NCBI GenBank assembly: GCA_012839585.1
Contig: DUNB01000082.1
Span: 21,445-85,444 of the forward strand
Reading direction: 5' to 3'
From: Alcaligenaceae bacterium
GTDB lineage: Bacteria > Pseudomonadota > Gammaproteobacteria > Burkholderiales > Burkholderiaceae_B
Length of the DNA: 64,000 nucleotides
Position 1 is the first letter of the stretch; every line of letters starts with the position of its first letter. The position numbers and the translations under genes were made by a program. The notes under the pieces were generated by a model that saw only the letters and a program-made list of their open reading frames with translations, was not told the DNA's origin and searched no databases. Shown piece after piece: positions 51,038-62,585 of the stretch.

Positions 51038-51541
51038 CTAATTGACCCCATCCGCTGCAGGTAAGTGCATGGCTTTGGCTTTTTCTGTTTGTTGTGCTCG
51101 GAAAGCGATCAGTTTTTGCTTGAGGTCTGCATCATGCACTGCCATCGTCGCAATAACGTGCAAAGCCGCATTGGCCGCCCCCGCCTCGCCAATAGCAAAC
51201 GTCGCCACGGGCACGCCTTTGGGCATTTGCACAATGGAAAGTAAGGAATCCTCGCCCTTTAAATAACGGGATGGCACAGGCACCCCAAACACAGGCACCT
51301 CGGTCAGGGCTGCCAACATACCGGGCAAGTGCGCTGCACCACCAGCCCCAGCAATAATGGCGTGATAAGCTTGCTCGGTCGCTTGTGCGCCATACTCCAC
51401 CATCTCGTGTGGCATGCGATGTGCTGAGACCACCTTGGCCTCGAAAGGCACACCAAAGTCTGTCAATATCTGAGCCGCGTTTTGCATCACAGGCCAGTCC
51501 GAAGACGAGCCCATCACAATCCCAACTTTGATTTTAGCCAT
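51038..51541 (-). CDS. purE: 5-(carboxyamino)imidazole ribonucleotide mutase
   Basis: VGIVMGSSSDWPVM, VVSAHRMP and AGGAAHLPGM are class I PurE motifs. Confidence 0.95.
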   Translation of the reverse strand: MAKIKVGIVMGSSSDWPVMQNAAQILTDFGVPFEAKVVSAHRMPHEMVEYGAQATEQAYHAIIAGAGGAAHLPGMLAALTEVPVFGVPVPSRYLKGEDSLLSIVQMPKGVPVATFAIGEAGAANAALHVIATMAVHDADLKQKLIAFRAQQTEKAKAMHLPAADGVN

Positions 51542-51545
51542 GATA

Positions 51546-52424
51546 TTACGCCCCTAGTCGAGTCACAGCCTCAGCGTATTTGGCTGCGGTTTGCTCGATC
51601 ACATCTTGAGGTAAACGTGGCGCAGGTGCGGTTTTATCCCAGTCTTGGGTTTCCAACCAATCACGTACGAACTGTTTATCAAATGAAGCTGGGTTACTAC
51701 CTACCGCATAGGTGGCGGCATCCCAGAAGCGAGAAGAATCAGGGGTTAGCACCTCGTCCATCAAGTGCAGTTCGCCTTTTTCGTCCAAACCAAATTCGAA
51801 TTTCGTGTCTGCAATAATAATGCCACGCTGCGCGGCATACTCTGCAGCAGCACGGTAGAGCGCCAACGTGGTGTCGCGCAGTTTTTCTGCTAGCTCTTGG
51901 CCTAGTTCATTGACGACATAATCAAAACTGACGTTTTCATCGTGCTCGCCCACCTCGGCTTTAGCGGCAGGTGTGAAAATAGGCTGATCCAGTTTTTGTG
52001 CTTGCTTCAAACCTGCTGGTAAGGCGATACCGCAAATGGCACCGGTTTTTTGGTATTCAGCCCAGCCCGAACCCACCACATAACCACGTGCCACGCATTC
52101 CACCATAATGGGTTTTAAGCGTTTAACCACCATGGATCGGTCTTTGACCAGTGCGTGTTCTTCGGCGGGAACCACATCGAGCGGATTCACACCAGTGGCG
52201 TGATTCGGCACGATATGGCTTAATTTTTTGAGCCAGAACTCGGTGAGATGCGTTAGCACCGCGCCTTTACCGGGAATGGGATCATCTAAGATCACATCAA
52301 AAGCAGATAAACGGTCCGAGGCCACAATTAATAATTGATCGTCACCGACGGCATACATATCACGAACTTTACCGCGACCGAGCAAAGGCAACGATTGCAG
52401 CGTGCTTTGGTATAGAGCTTGCAC
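51546..52424 (-). CDS. purC: phosphoribosylaminoimidazolesuccinocarboxamide synthase
   Basis: [17 protein letters not shown] and [11 protein letters not shown]; the start is GTG after AGGA. Confidence 0.93.
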   Translation of the reverse strand: MQALYQSTLQSLPLLGRGKVRDMYAVGDDQLLIVASDRLSAFDVILDDPIPGKGAVLTHLTEFWLKKLSHIVPNHATGVNPLDVVPAEEHALVKDRSMVVKRLKPIMVECVARGYVVGSGWAEYQKTGAICGIALPAGLKQAQKLDQPIFTPAAKAEVGEHDENVSFDYVVNELGQELAEKLRDTTLALYRAAAEYAAQRGIIIADTKFEFGLDEKGELHLMDEVLTPDSSRFWDAATYAVGSNPASFDKQFVRDWLETQDWDKTAPAPRLPQDVIEQTAAKYAEAVTRLGA

Positions 52425-52445
52425 GATATATCCTATAAAACAAAG

Positions 52446-52465
52446 GGCGGTGTGTTACACCGCCT
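52446..52465 (-). terminator. hairpin after fba
   Basis: On the minus strand, GGCGGTGT-AA-CACACCGCC is followed by CTTTGTTTTAT. The stem is short and the tail weak. Confidence 0.45.
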
Positions 52466-52477
52466 GAGAAGCACTAA

Positions 52478-53542
52478 TTATTCAACGCGTTGGGCTAATT
52501 CACCAGCAGCGTATTTAGCTGCCATTTCGCTTAGGGCGATGGGCTTGATTTTGGAAGCATTACCCGCGGCACCAAACTGCTGATAGCGCGCCACACAAAT
52601 GGCTTTGGCGGCCTCGCGAGCTGGTTTTAGGAACTCGCGTGGGTCGAATTTGTCTGGGTTCTGGAACAAGAAGCGACGTACCGCAGCGGTCATTGCAAGA
52701 CGGATGTCGGTATCAATGTTAACTTTACGTACACCGTATTTGATGGCTTCTTGGATTTCGGCAACGGGCACACCGTAGGTTTCTTTCATGTCGCCCCCGA
52801 ACTCACGGATCTCAGCTAAGAGTTCCTGAGGGACACTGGAGCTACCGTGCATCACCAAGTGTGTATTGGGCAAGCGCGCATGGATTTCTTTAACACGCTC
52901 AATAGACAAGATGTCTCCGGTGGGCTCGCGCGTGAATTTGTAAGCACCATGGCTAGTACCAATGGCAATCGCCAAAGCGTCTAGCTGCGTGCGACGTACG
53001 AATTCAGCGGCCTCTTCGGGGCTGGTCAAAAGCTGATCCATAGTAAGAGTGCCTTCGAAACCGTGGCCGTCTTCTTTGTCACCCTGCATGGTCTCTAAAG
53101 AGCCTAAGCAGCCCAATTCGCCCTCTACGGTTACGCCCAATTTGTGAGCCATTTCGACCACTTTACGTGTGACTTCCACGTTGTATTCGAAATCTGCAAT
53201 GGTTTTACCGTCCTCTTTGAGCGAACCGTCCATCATCACGCTGGAAAAACCGAGATCAATGGCGCCCTGACAAACGGCAGGAGATTGACCGTGGTCTTGG
53301 TGCATCACCACAGGAATATGAGGATAAGATTCGACGGCGGCTTGAATCAAGTGTTTTAGAAAGCCTTCGCCCGCGTATTTACGCGCACCGGCAGACGCCT
53401 GCATGATTACAGGGCTATCTGTCTCATGGGCGGCTTCCATAATGGCCTGAACTTGTTCAAGGTTGTTGACGTTAAACGCCGGAATACCGTAACCATTTTC
53501 AGCGGCATGGTCGAGCAACTGACGCATGGAAACCAGAGCCAT
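52478..53542 (-). CDS. fba: class II fructose-bisphosphate aldolase
   Basis: 354 aa with [28 protein letters not shown] and NIDTDIRLA. Confidence 0.93.
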   Translation of the reverse strand: MALVSMRQLLDHAAENGYGIPAFNVNNLEQVQAIMEAAHETDSPVIMQASAGARKYAGEGFLKHLIQAAVESYPHIPVVMHQDHGQSPAVCQGAIDLGFSSVMMDGSLKEDGKTIADFEYNVEVTRKVVEMAHKLGVTVEGELGCLGSLETMQGDKEDGHGFEGTLTMDQLLTSPEEAAEFVRRTQLDALAIAIGTSHGAYKFTREPTGDILSIERVKEIHARLPNTHLVMHGSSSVPQELLAEIREFGGDMKETYGVPVAEIQEAIKYGVRKVNIDTDIRLAMTAAVRRFLFQNPDKFDPREFLKPAREAAKAICVARYQQFGAAGNASKIKPIALSEMAAKYAAGELAQRVE

Positions 53543-53623
53543 GATGAATTCTCCTAGATAAACAAATTATGAATAAAGTAATTTTAAGGTGGAATGAAGT
53601 TTTTTGCTTGTGTAGTTTACGAT

Positions 53624-54238
53624 TTACGCATTACGACGCGCTGATTTTGGTCTAAATGCCGCAACCACCTTGTCGTCTGTTTCCACATAAGGCCCACCGA
53701 TTAGATCAATACAATAGGGTACCGCAGCAAAAATACCTGGCACAACCGTTTTGCCTTGATCGTCTTTTAGCCCTGCTAAGGTTTCTGCAATGGCTTTGGG
53801 CTGACCGGGCAAGTTAATAATTAAGGCAGCGTGGTCAGGGGTCTCGCGGATTACCGCCACCTGTCGCGATAAAATGGCGGTGGGCACAAACTGTAGACTG
53901 ATCTGGCGCATTTGCTCACCAAAACCAGGCATTTCTTTGGTGGCAACCGCTAAGGTTGCCTCGGGCGTGATGTCGCGGCGCGCAGGTCCTGTTCCACCCG
54001 TGGTCAACACCAAGTCACAACCGACCTGATCGACTAATTCGATCAGTGCTGCAGAAATCTGCTCTGGTTCATCAGCGACCAAACGTGTGGCATATTGTGA
54101 AGGTTGCACAATGGTTTGATCTAACCATTCTTGTAAGGCTGGAATTCCTTTGTCTTCGTATTGCCCACTCGAGGCGCGATCGGAAATAGAAACCAAGCCC
54201 ACCAATAACTGGTCCGGGTGCTGACGATGTAAACGCAT
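53624..54238 (-). CDS. mog: molybdopterin adenylyltransferase (MogA)
   Basis: LVGLVSISDRASSGQYEDKGIPALQEWL closely parallels the E. coli MogA N-terminus, and TTGGTGPARRD is also present. Confidence 0.85.
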   Translation of the reverse strand: MRLHRQHPDQLLVGLVSISDRASSGQYEDKGIPALQEWLDQTIVQPSQYATRLVADEPEQISAALIELVDQVGCDLVLTTGGTGPARRDITPEATLAVATKEMPGFGEQMRQISLQFVPTAILSRQVAVIRETPDHAALIINLPGQPKAIAETLAGLKDDQGKTVVPGIFAAVPYCIDLIGGPYVETDDKVVAAFRPKSARRNA

Positions 54239-54395
54239 AGATCTTATCTACCCTAAAAATAAAAACTGTGTGATTTTAACAAGTTAGCCCCTATTCTACA
54301 CTGTGCGATTGAAGCTCGCAGGGCTAAAGGCTGTAACAAGGCTTAACTACGTTATGATCAGCCTCTTCATGCAGAAACAAATATAGGAAAACGTC

Positions 54396-55220
54396 ATGAA
54401 ACAATTACTTTGGGTAGGTGCGGGCGATTTGGCCCAGCGCTGTGTGCCGCATTTGGCGGCCGGTCAGTGGCACACCACCGCTTTGCAACGTCGATCTCGT
54501 CCCAGCGCATTTGACCGTAGTTTGCTCGCCGATGTAACGGATGCATCCTCTTTAGACGGCTTACCCGCCGAGACCACGCATATTGTCTATAGCGTCACTC
54601 CCGCGGATCGTAGCCCTGAAAGCTATTCTGCCGTTTATGAAACCGGCCTTCAAAACCTGCTGCAAAAAATAAACAAAGATCAGCTTGAGCGCTTTATCTT
54701 TATTTCATCGACCGCGGTGTATGGCCCAGACACCGTCCCGCAAGACGAGCATTCCATGCTCAGGCCTTCTGCCTTTAATGGCGAATACCTCGTCCGTGCT
54801 GAGCAGTTCTTGCAAAAAGAGCTGGGTGATAAGCTCACCATCATTCGCTTTAGTGGTCTTTATGGGCCAGGTCGTCATCGTATTTTTGACCTAATCCGCC
54901 AACAGTCTTTGCGTATTAATCCCGCTATGGATAATTATGCTAATCGCATTCATAGTGAGGATGCGGCCCGCGTCTGTGCTCATGTATTGCTATTGCCCCA
55001 AGCTGCCGACTGTTATGTAGGAACAGATAGTACCCCTATCCCCCTACGTCGCCTCTATGCGCATCTGGCCGAACAACTGCAAGTGCCTGCGCCCGCTTTT
55101 GATGCCAGCCTCGCTTACGAGAGCAAGCATTTTTCTAATCAGCGTTTACTGAGCAGTGGTTTTCTCTTTTTGTATCCCGATCCCTTAAAAGGCTATAGTG
55201 CCTTGTTATCTAGCCTTTAA
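54396..55220 (+). CDS. NAD(P)-binding Rossmann-fold protein (SDR / epimerase-like)
   Basis: 274 aa with an N-terminal LWVGAGDLAQ glycine-rich turn, then FISSTAVYG and IRFSGLYGPGR, typical of atypical SDR/epimerases. Confidence 0.6.
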   Translation: MKQLLWVGAGDLAQRCVPHLAAGQWHTTALQRRSRPSAFDRSLLADVTDASSLDGLPAETTHIVYSVTPADRSPESYSAVYETGLQNLLQKINKDQLERFIFISSTAVYGPDTVPQDEHSMLRPSAFNGEYLVRAEQFLQKELGDKLTIIRFSGLYGPGRHRIFDLIRQQSLRINPAMDNYANRIHSEDAARVCAHVLLLPQAADCYVGTDSTPIPLRRLYAHLAEQLQVPAPAFDASLAYESKHFSNQRLLSSGFLFLYPDPLKGYSALLSSL

Positions 55221-55240
55221 AAATACAAAAATACCACCCC

Positions 55241-56578
55241 ATGCCCCAACACAGTTATCTCTATTTAATTAAACTGGCATTGCCCATTATTTTGGCGAAT
55301 GCCGCCGTGCCACTTTTAGGTTTAGTGGATACCGCGGTCATCGGCCAGATGGGCACCACCGCCGACCTAGGTGCCATCGCACTGGCGGCCTTGGTGTTTA
55401 GTTTTGTGTATTGGGGGTTTGGTTTTTTGCGCATGGGCACCACCGGGTTTATCGCCCAAGCGGTCGGTGCTCAAGATCAAAACGAACTCCATGCCTTAGT
55501 GTTTAAAACTCTTTTTTTAGGGTTTGCTATAGGCGTGGTCTTGATCGTATTACAAAAACCGATTGAGCTGACCGCCACCTATTTTCTACACGCCAGCCCC
55601 GAGGTTAACGCTCTCGTCCGGGATTATTTTTATATCCGTATCTGGGGTGCTCCTGCCACGCTGATCACCTTTTCTTTGCTGGGAACGCTGATCGGCATGG
55701 GCTGGACCAAACAATTGCTTTGGGTACAGCTGTTTTTAAACGGGCTCAATATCGCCCTGAACGTCTTATTTGTAGTGGTATTTGATCTAGGCGTAAAAGG
55801 GATTGCCTTAGGGACGGTGTTGGCCGAGTGGGCGGCCTTGTTTTTTGCGCTGTATTGGGTTTTTAGCAAGCTACAGCTGCGCCACCCAATGCAACGCTAT
55901 CAAGCCCTACGATCTCAAGTCTTTCGTCTAGATCGACTTTTGGCGTTGTTTCAGGTTAACCGCGATATTATGATTCGCACCTTGGCCTTGATTACCGGTT
56001 TTGCTTGGTTTGCCCGCCAAGGAGCGCAGTTTGGTGATGCCACCCTAGCGGCGAATCATATTCTGCTGCAGTTTGTTTCCCTATCTGCTTTTTTTCTAGA
56101 TGGCTATGCCAACGTGGCCGAGATGCTTGCGGGCCAAGCCTACGGCGCGAACAACAAAGAGCGCTTTCAACATACAGTAAAGCGCTCCACGGTATTGGCC
56201 GGAGGCACCGCGTTTTTGTTGAGCCTGACCGTGTTGCTGTTGGGCTCCACTTTTATTCCTCTTTTAAGCCAAGACCCGCATGTGCAGCGTATCGCCAGCG
56301 ATTACAAAAACCTAGCCGCTTTTTATATTTTCGTGTCGTTTGCCGCCTTTCAGCTGGACGGTATTTTTATTGGTGTTACCCATAGCAAACCCATGCGTAA
56401 CTCCACCGTGCTGGCGTTGCTTGTTTTGGTCGGTTTAGGCAGCTGGTGGGCGCCGATATACCAAAACACGGGGCTCTGGTGGGCGCTTATTCTCTATGTG
56501 ATCGCACGCGCCATGGTGTTGGCTTATTACTATCCTAAAATCCTAACGCGCTTTACTGCATCAACACCGACCCCATAA
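55241..56578 (+). CDS. MATE family efflux transporter (DinF-like)
   Basis: 445 aa with about 12 hydrophobic segments. The N-terminus LALPIILANAAVPLLGLVDTAVIGQMG is the typical MATE start. Confidence 0.8.
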   Translation: MPQHSYLYLIKLALPIILANAAVPLLGLVDTAVIGQMGTTADLGAIALAALVFSFVYWGFGFLRMGTTGFIAQAVGAQDQNELHALVFKTLFLGFAIGVVLIVLQKPIELTATYFLHASPEVNALVRDYFYIRIWGAPATLITFSLLGTLIGMGWTKQLLWVQLFLNGLNIALNVLFVVVFDLGVKGIALGTVLAEWAALFFALYWVFSKLQLRHPMQRYQALRSQVFRLDRLLALFQVNRDIMIRTLALITGFAWFARQGAQFGDATLAANHILLQFVSLSAFFLDGYANVAEMLAGQAYGANNKERFQHTVKRSTVLAGGTAFLLSLTVLLLGSTFIPLLSQDPHVQRIASDYKNLAAFYIFVSFAAFQLDGIFIGVTHSKPMRNSTVLALLVLVGLGSWWAPIYQNTGLWWALILYVIARAMVLAYYYPKILTRFTASTPTP

Positions 56579-56619
56579 AAAAAACCCAAACGATTGGATC
56601 AATTACCAACCGCTTGGGG
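56577..56619 (-). terminator. rho-independent terminator after pgk (may also stop the MATE gene)
   Basis: On the minus strand, CCCAAGCGGTTGG-8 nt-CCAATCGTTTGGG (11 of 13 pairs) is followed by TTTTTTTT. Confidence 0.6.
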
Positions 56620-56658
56620 TTTATAGCAGCAAGCGTCGTTTGAGCTCGCTCTAAATCA

Positions 56659-57861
56659 TTACGCCTGGGTCTGCGCTCTTTGTTCTAGCACGGCAACCGC
56701 GGGCAGCTTTTTACCCTCTAAGAACTCAAGGAAGGCGCCGCCACCTGTGGAGATATAGCCAATTTTGTCGGCAATACCAAACTTAGCAATCGCGGCTAAG
56801 GTATCGCCACCTCCTGCGATGGAGAAGGCGTTAGAGTCGGCAATGGCATTGGCGATCGTACGAGTGCCGCTAGCAAACGCTGGGAACTCGAACACACCCA
56901 CCGGGCCATTCCATACAATCGTGCCCGCATTACGTAAAATGTCCGCAAGCTCCTGTGCCGATTCCGGTCCAATGTCTAAAATCAAATCGTCCTCAGCCAC
57001 CTCGGTAGCGGCTTTGGTTGTGGCCTCTGCATCTGTAGAAAAACGCGTAGCACAGATCACGTCTTTGGGTACTGGCACGGCAGCCCCACGCTCTTTCATG
57101 CGTTCAGTCACCGCATTGGCCTCGTCAATCTGATCTATTTCGGCCAACGACTTACCAATACTGAGTCCATTTGCCGCCATAAAGGTGTTGGCAATACCGC
57201 CACCTACAATCAGCTGGTCCACCTTATCGGCCAACGCGCGCAAGATAGATAGTTTTGTCGACACCTTGGCTCCCCCTACAATCGCCACTAAAGGACGAGC
57301 TGGGTCTTTTAAGGTACGACCTAGTGCCTCTAGCTCGGCGGCCAACAAAGGGCCAGCACAAACCACTGGGGCAAAGCGCGCAATGCCCTCAGTAGAGGCT
57401 TGAGCCCGGTGCGCCGTACCAAAGGCATCATTCACAAATACATCACAGAGTTCCGCCATCTTTTTCGCCAAATCTAAATCGTTGGCTTTTTCACCGACGT
57501 TACAACGGCAGTTCTCTAGCATCACGACCTGGCCCGGAGCCACGTCTACGCCATTAATCCAGTCTCGACGTAGAGGCACAGGCAACGCTAACATTTTGGA
57601 CAAGCGTTCCGCCACGGGTGCCAAAGAGTCTTCCGGCATCACTACGCCTTCTTTAGGGCGCCCTAAGTGTGAGGTCACCATCACGGCAGCACCGGCATCA
57701 AGCGCCATGCGAATCGCAGGTAAAGACGCTTTAATACGAGTGTCTTCGGTGATTTCACCGTTACTCAACGGAACGTTCATATCAGAACGAATAAAAACAC
57801 GCTTGCCCTGCAATTGGCCCGCAGCAGCAAGTTCAGCCAAGGTAGTAATGTGTGTAGTCAT
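56659..57861 (-). CDS. pgk: phosphoglycerate kinase
   Basis: [32 protein letters not shown] and [13 protein letters not shown]. The ATG at 57861 is preferred over the track start 57894. Confidence 0.95.
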   Translation of the reverse strand: MTTHITTLAELAAAGQLQGKRVFIRSDMNVPLSNGEITEDTRIKASLPAIRMALDAGAAVMVTSHLGRPKEGVVMPEDSLAPVAERLSKMLALPVPLRRDWINGVDVAPGQVVMLENCRCNVGEKANDLDLAKKMAELCDVFVNDAFGTAHRAQASTEGIARFAPVVCAGPLLAAELEALGRTLKDPARPLVAIVGGAKVSTKLSILRALADKVDQLIVGGGIANTFMAANGLSIGKSLAEIDQIDEANAVTERMKERGAAVPVPKDVICATRFSTDAEATTKAATEVAEDDLILDIGPESAQELADILRNAGTIVWNGPVGVFEFPAFASGTRTIANAIADSNAFSIAGGGDTLAAIAKFGIADKIGYISTGGGAFLEFLEGKKLPAVAVLEQRAQTQA

Positions 57862-57919
57862 GATTGTGGTGTAGACAAAACAAAGGCGGGGCATGCCCCG
57901 CCTAAATGGTTATGAGAAC

Positions 57920-58936
57920 TTAGTTAGCTGCCATCATGGCTGCAGTAGTATCTAGCATACGAACGGAGAACGCCCATTCGTTATCGTACCAAGCTGTCAC
58001 TTTAACTAAGCTGCCGGAAACCTTGGTCAACAAGGAGTCAACAATACTGGAAGCGGTGCTGTGATTGTGGTCAATGGAAACCAATGGTTCGTCACAGTAC
58101 TGCAACACGCCTTTCAAGCGGCCTTCTGCGGCTGTTTTTAGGATGTTGTTGACCTCGTCTACTGTCGTAGCACGGCTCGCCACAAAGGTTAAATCCACCA
58201 TCGACACGTTCACAGTAGGAACACGCACGGCAAAACCGTCTAATTTGCCGTTGAGCTCAGGCAAGACCAAACCAACGGCAGCCGCTGCACCGGTTTTGGT
58301 TGGGATGATGCTTTCGGCGGCAGCACGAGCGCGACGTAGGTCTTTGTGAGCCACATCAATCAACACCTGGTCATTCGTGTAGGCATGGATGGTGGTCATC
58401 AAACCATTTACTACGCCTAGCTCTTGGTGCAAAGGCTGAACTAAAGGAGCCAAACAGTTGGTGGTGCAAGACGCATTAGATACCACGGTATCAGTGGCTT
58501 TCAGCACGTCGTGGTTCACACCGTAAACCACGGTGGCATCCACATCTTTACCACCTGGAGCAGAGATCAACACTTTTTTGGCACCGGCCTGTAAGTGCGC
58601 GCTGGCTGCCTCTTTGGTTGTAAAGCGACCGGTACAATCTAATACCACGTCCACGTCCAAATCACCCCAAGGCAATTTGGTCGGGTCACGTTCGGACAAC
58701 AAACGGATACGATCACCGTTGACGATCAAATACTGATTGTCATCGGAGAGTTCAACCTCGGCGTTAAAACGACCGTGAACGGAATCGTAACGGGTCAAGT
58801 GACGTGCGACCACGTCTTGGCCGGGAGCATTGATAGCAACAATTTCGATGCCGTGTTTTTTACCGTACTCGTAATGAGCGCGTAATGTCATGCGGCCAAT
58901 ACGACCGTAACCGTTAATTGCGACACGAATGGTCAT
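57920..58936 (-). CDS. gap: glyceraldehyde-3-phosphate dehydrogenase
   Basis: [11 protein letters not shown], active site [12 protein letters not shown] and WYDNEWAFS. Confidence 0.95.
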   Translation of the reverse strand: MTIRVAINGYGRIGRMTLRAHYEYGKKHGIEIVAINAPGQDVVARHLTRYDSVHGRFNAEVELSDDNQYLIVNGDRIRLLSERDPTKLPWGDLDVDVVLDCTGRFTTKEAASAHLQAGAKKVLISAPGGKDVDATVVYGVNHDVLKATDTVVSNASCTTNCLAPLVQPLHQELGVVNGLMTTIHAYTNDQVLIDVAHKDLRRARAAAESIIPTKTGAAAAVGLVLPELNGKLDGFAVRVPTVNVSMVDLTFVASRATTVDEVNNILKTAAEGRLKGVLQYCDEPLVSIDHNHSTASSIVDSLLTKVSGSLVKVTAWYDNEWAFSVRMLDTTAAMMAAN

Positions 58937-58949
58937 TGATAGATCTCCT

Positions 58950-60995
58950 TTACAGAATTTGCTCTACGGCTTCGACAAGCTTTGCCGCGGTAATACCAAA
59001 ATGTTCAAACAACACGCCAGCGGGGGCAGACTCACCATAGGTGTCCAAGCCAATTACCGCGCCGTCTAAGCCCACATATTTGTACCAGCCAGTGGTGGAG
59101 CCAGCTTCAATTGCCACACGTGGCACATTAGGCAATAACACACTATTGCGCCAATCGGCTGATTGCTCATCAAATACATTGGTACATGGCATAGAAACCA
59201 CACGTACCGCTACCCCTTTGGCAGCCAATTGCTGTTGTGCATCTAAGGCTAATTCGACCTCGGAGCCTGTAGCTATCAAAATGGCTTGTGGGTTTTCCGC
59301 GTCACGCAATACATAACCACCGCGCGCAATGGCGGCTGTTGTATCGGCATCACGTTCTACGAAGGGTAGGTTTTGACGGGATAGTAACAAAGCACTGGGA
59401 CCGCCGGATTTCACGTTCATGCCCACGCTTTGTGGACGGGCTAAAGCCTGTACCCACGCCACAGCGGTTTCCGTGGTGTCACAAGGACGCCATACATGCA
59501 GGTTAGGGATCAAACGCAAGCTGGTTGCGTGCTCTACGGACTGGTGTGTAGGACCGTCTTCGCCCAAACCAATGGAGTCATGCGTAAACACATGAATCAC
59601 ACGCTGACGCATCAAAGCAGCCATACGGATGGCATTGCGCGAATAGTCAGAGAAGGTGAGGAACGTACCAGCAAAAGGAATGTAGCCACCGTGTAGCGCC
59701 ATACCATTCATGATGGCAGACATACCGAATTCGCGTACACCGTAATTAATGTGACGACCAAACTCTAGACCCTCTGCACCCACACGTAGTGGTTTGACCC
59801 CGGGCCAGTTGGTTAAGTTCGATCCGGTCAAGTCAGCGGAGCCACCGATCATTTCGGGCACCACGTCTACCAAGGCCGTAATGGCTAACTGAGAGGCTTT
59901 GCGCGTCGCGACGGTTTGTGCATCGGCATTGGTTTGAGCAATAAATGCCTGTGCTTTTTCAGCAAAGTCGGCGGGCAATTCACCGTTCATACGGCGAGTT
60001 AGCTCGGCGGCCAATTCAGGGAACTGTGCCTGATAGGCGGCAAACAAGTCATTCCATTCGGACTCAACCTGCGCGCCACGGGATTTAGCATCCCATAATT
60101 CGTAGACTTCGGCAGGGATCTCAAAAGCGGGATGAGGCCAGTTAATGGCTTCGCGTGTTAACGCGATCTCAGCATCGCCCAACGGCGCGCCATGTGATTT
60201 TTCAGAGCCGGCTAAATTAGGAGAGCCTTTACCAATCACGGTTCTACAACAGATCAAGGTTGGACCACCGTTTTCAGCCGCCAAGGTTTTGGCTTGGGTG
60301 ATCGCCGCGTTCACCGCGTCAGCATCATGACCATCTACGTCAGGAATCACATTCCAGCCGTAGCTGCGGAAGCGTGCTGGTGTGTCATCGCTGAACCAAG
60401 GCTGCACCTGGCCATCAATGGAAATGCCATTATCATCGTAAAGCACGATGAGCTTGGATAGTTTTAGCGTGCCTGCTAAGGAACATGCCTCGTGGGAGAT
60501 CCCCTCCATCAAACAACCATCACCTGCAAAAACATAGGTAAAATGATCAATTAGTTTGAAATCAGGACGGTTAAACTCTTTGGCTAGCATGGCCTCTGCC
60601 AGCGCCATACCTACCGCATTGGTAATACCCTGTCCTAATGGACCTGTCGTGGTTTCTACACCAGCGGTATAACCTACCTCGGGGTGACCTGGGGTACGGG
60701 AGTTTAGCTGACGAAAGTTTTTCAGCTCTTCGATGGGTAGATCGTAGCCAGTCAAATGCAACAAGGCATAGATCAGCATAGAACCATGACCGTTGGATAA
60801 CACAAAACGGTCGCGATCAAACCAGGCTGGATTGGTTGGGTTATGTTTGAGATGCCGATTCCATAAAACCTCGGCAATATCAGCCATCCCCATAGGGGCA
60901 CCGGGGTGACCGGATTTAGCTTGTTGAACGGCATCCATAGCTAAGGCGCGAATCGCGTTAGCCATAGTCGTAGCGGTGGAAGGAGGAAGATCCAT
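58950..60995 (-). CDS. tkt: transketolase
   Basis: [34 protein letters not shown] and [11 protein letters not shown]. The start is uncertain between ATG 60995 and ATG 60965; the track start 61037 is rejected. Confidence 0.93.
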   Translation of the reverse strand: MDLPPSTATTMANAIRALAMDAVQQAKSGHPGAPMGMADIAEVLWNRHLKHNPTNPAWFDRDRFVLSNGHGSMLIYALLHLTGYDLPIEELKNFRQLNSRTPGHPEVGYTAGVETTTGPLGQGITNAVGMALAEAMLAKEFNRPDFKLIDHFTYVFAGDGCLMEGISHEACSLAGTLKLSKLIVLYDDNGISIDGQVQPWFSDDTPARFRSYGWNVIPDVDGHDADAVNAAITQAKTLAAENGGPTLICCRTVIGKGSPNLAGSEKSHGAPLGDAEIALTREAINWPHPAFEIPAEVYELWDAKSRGAQVESEWNDLFAAYQAQFPELAAELTRRMNGELPADFAEKAQAFIAQTNADAQTVATRKASQLAITALVDVVPEMIGGSADLTGSNLTNWPGVKPLRVGAEGLEFGRHINYGVREFGMSAIMNGMALHGGYIPFAGTFLTFSDYSRNAIRMAALMRQRVIHVFTHDSIGLGEDGPTHQSVEHATSLRLIPNLHVWRPCDTTETAVAWVQALARPQSVGMNVKSGGPSALLLSRQNLPFVERDADTTAAIARGGYVLRDAENPQAILIATGSEVELALDAQQQLAAKGVAVRVVSMPCTNVFDEQSADWRNSVLLPNVPRVAIEAGSTTGWYKYVGLDGAVIGLDTYGESAPAGVLFEHFGITAAKLVEAVEQIL

Positions 60996-61160
60996 GAGAT
61001 GCTCACAAGGGGTTAGCGCAGTGGCTAGTACCCCCATTTAGTCAGTCAGAAGTTCTAAAGATGATGATTTTACCATTATTGCGCAGCACAATGCGCCGCC
61101 CTGTTCTGCACAGTCGGTTTTGCCCTAACTTTAACGCATTTACTTTGTTTTTGTACAACC

Positions 61161-61907
61161 ATGAATCTGCCTCGCTTTTACTTTGATCACGATCTAGCCC
61201 CATCAAAAACCGTCCATCTAACTAAGGAGTTAGCACACTATATGCAACGTGTATTGCGCCTACCCGATCAAAGTTTGGTCACCTTATTTAATGGGAAAGG
61301 TGGCGAATATGTGGCGTGTCTGCACTACGAAGGAAAAAGCGTACATGCGCAGATCCAGTCCTTTGATCCCATCGAGCGTGAGCTCCCCTGGCGTCTCTCT
61401 ATTGCACAAGGGCTCGCCACGGGCGACAAAATGGATTGGATTTGCGAAAAGTCGGTTGAAATGGGGGCCACGGCACTGATTCCTATTGCGGCCAAGCACA
61501 GCACACTAAAGCTCTCTGGGGAACGCTTAGACAAGCGACTACAACATTGGCAACGCATTGCCCAAGCCGCCAGCGAGCAATGTGGTCGTAACCGTCTTTT
61601 GCAGGTGCAGCCCTTACACACGGTGTTAGAGCTCACCCAACAGATGGACCCACAAAGCCAATTGATTTTCTGTGACCCCGATGCAGACATCGATTTTCCC
61701 ACGGCAATTAATCAGGCCGCGGCAAAAAACCAACAGCATTGGATCTTATTGATAGGCCCCGAGGGCGGTTGGTCAGACGAAGAAAAGAAAATGGCACTCA
61801 ATGCTGGTGCCATTTCTATGCGTTTCGGCGCCCGTGTTTTACGTACCGAAACCGCTGCTATTGCACTAATTGGCGCCATTCGCGGCCAATTAGGCTGGAT
61901 CGACTAG
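61161..61907 (+). CDS. rsmE: 16S rRNA (uracil1498-N3)-methyltransferase
   Basis: The sequences HYMQRVLRL, LIGPEGGWSDEE and LGARVLRTETAA are RsmE/SPOUT hallmarks. Confidence 0.88.
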   Translation: MNLPRFYFDHDLAPSKTVHLTKELAHYMQRVLRLPDQSLVTLFNGKGGEYVACLHYEGKSVHAQIQSFDPIERELPWRLSIAQGLATGDKMDWICEKSVEMGATALIPIAAKHSTLKLSGERLDKRLQHWQRIAQAASEQCGRNRLLQVQPLHTVLELTQQMDPQSQLIFCDPDADIDFPTAINQAAAKNQQHWILLIGPEGGWSDEEKKMALNAGAISMRFGARVLRTETAAIALIGAIRGQLGWID

Positions 61908-61911
61908 AGAG

Positions 61912-62385
61912 TTAGTCTTCGTCCGTATTCGCACCCGAGTAAGGGGTAGGTGATACACCTGGATCAGGATCTGGGTGTTTGCCAGCATGAATCACGGTAT
62001 AGCCGAAATAACGGTCTTTGGTACTCGCAAAATCAGAGACATCATTACACACGCTCAGAATGGCCGCCGCGTCTTTTTCCAGAGCGGGATCCCCAGTGTG
62101 CAATTTTTCAAACCACAAGTACAAACCAGTTTTTTGATCCAAAACCGTATCACACAAGCAGTCATACAACGCGTCTAAGTCATTGCCAAAAAACTCTGGG
62201 AAATCAACGGCTTTAACAATGGCACGTAACACGGCAGACCGGCTACGCGCGCGATCGCACTCAACACGAATGGCGGTAATGTCAGCTGCCGCTGCTAGGG
62301 CAAAGATCCCTTCGTGCTGGGCTTCCGTGGCCTCGATAAGACCGCCGCCTTGCAATAGAGCTTGTAGCGTAGGCGCTTGGCTCAT
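61912..62385 (-). CDS. barstar-family (ribonuclease inhibitor-like) protein
   Basis: 157 aa with GGAGG 7 nt upstream of the ATG. RSAVLRAIVKAVDFPEFFGNDLDALYDCLCD parallels barstar's [28 protein letters not shown]. The Pro/Asp-rich C-terminal tail is not part of canonical barstar. Confidence 0.65.
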   Translation of the reverse strand: MSQAPTLQALLQGGGLIEATEAQHEGIFALAAAADITAIRVECDRARSRSAVLRAIVKAVDFPEFFGNDLDALYDCLCDTVLDQKTGLYLWFEKLHTGDPALEKDAAAILSVCNDVSDFASTKDRYFGYTVIHAGKHPDPDPGVSPTPYSGANTDED

Positions 62386-62509
62386 TACACGGCCTCCTGG
62401 TCAGAGTGAATTAAGTGAGTTCCTATCATGGTGGTATATATCCTGCTTTAATAAAATCATGCAAATGCAATAAAGATTGGCATTTTTAATCGATTTAAAC
62501 GGGTTTAGG

Positions 62510-62541
62510 CAAGCAAAGTTATAAATAACTTTGCTTGTTTT
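62510..62541. other. 11-bp perfect hairpin downstream of maeB, with its U-tract on the opposite (plus) strand
   Basis: CAAGCAAAGTT-ATAAAT-AACTTTGCTTG is followed by TTTTGGGGG on the plus strand. On the minus strand it follows the maeB stop but has no T-run. Confidence 0.45.
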
Positions 62542-62585
62542 GGGGGTATTACAAAAACCTGTTATTCCCTTTGGGTCTTTAGGCC

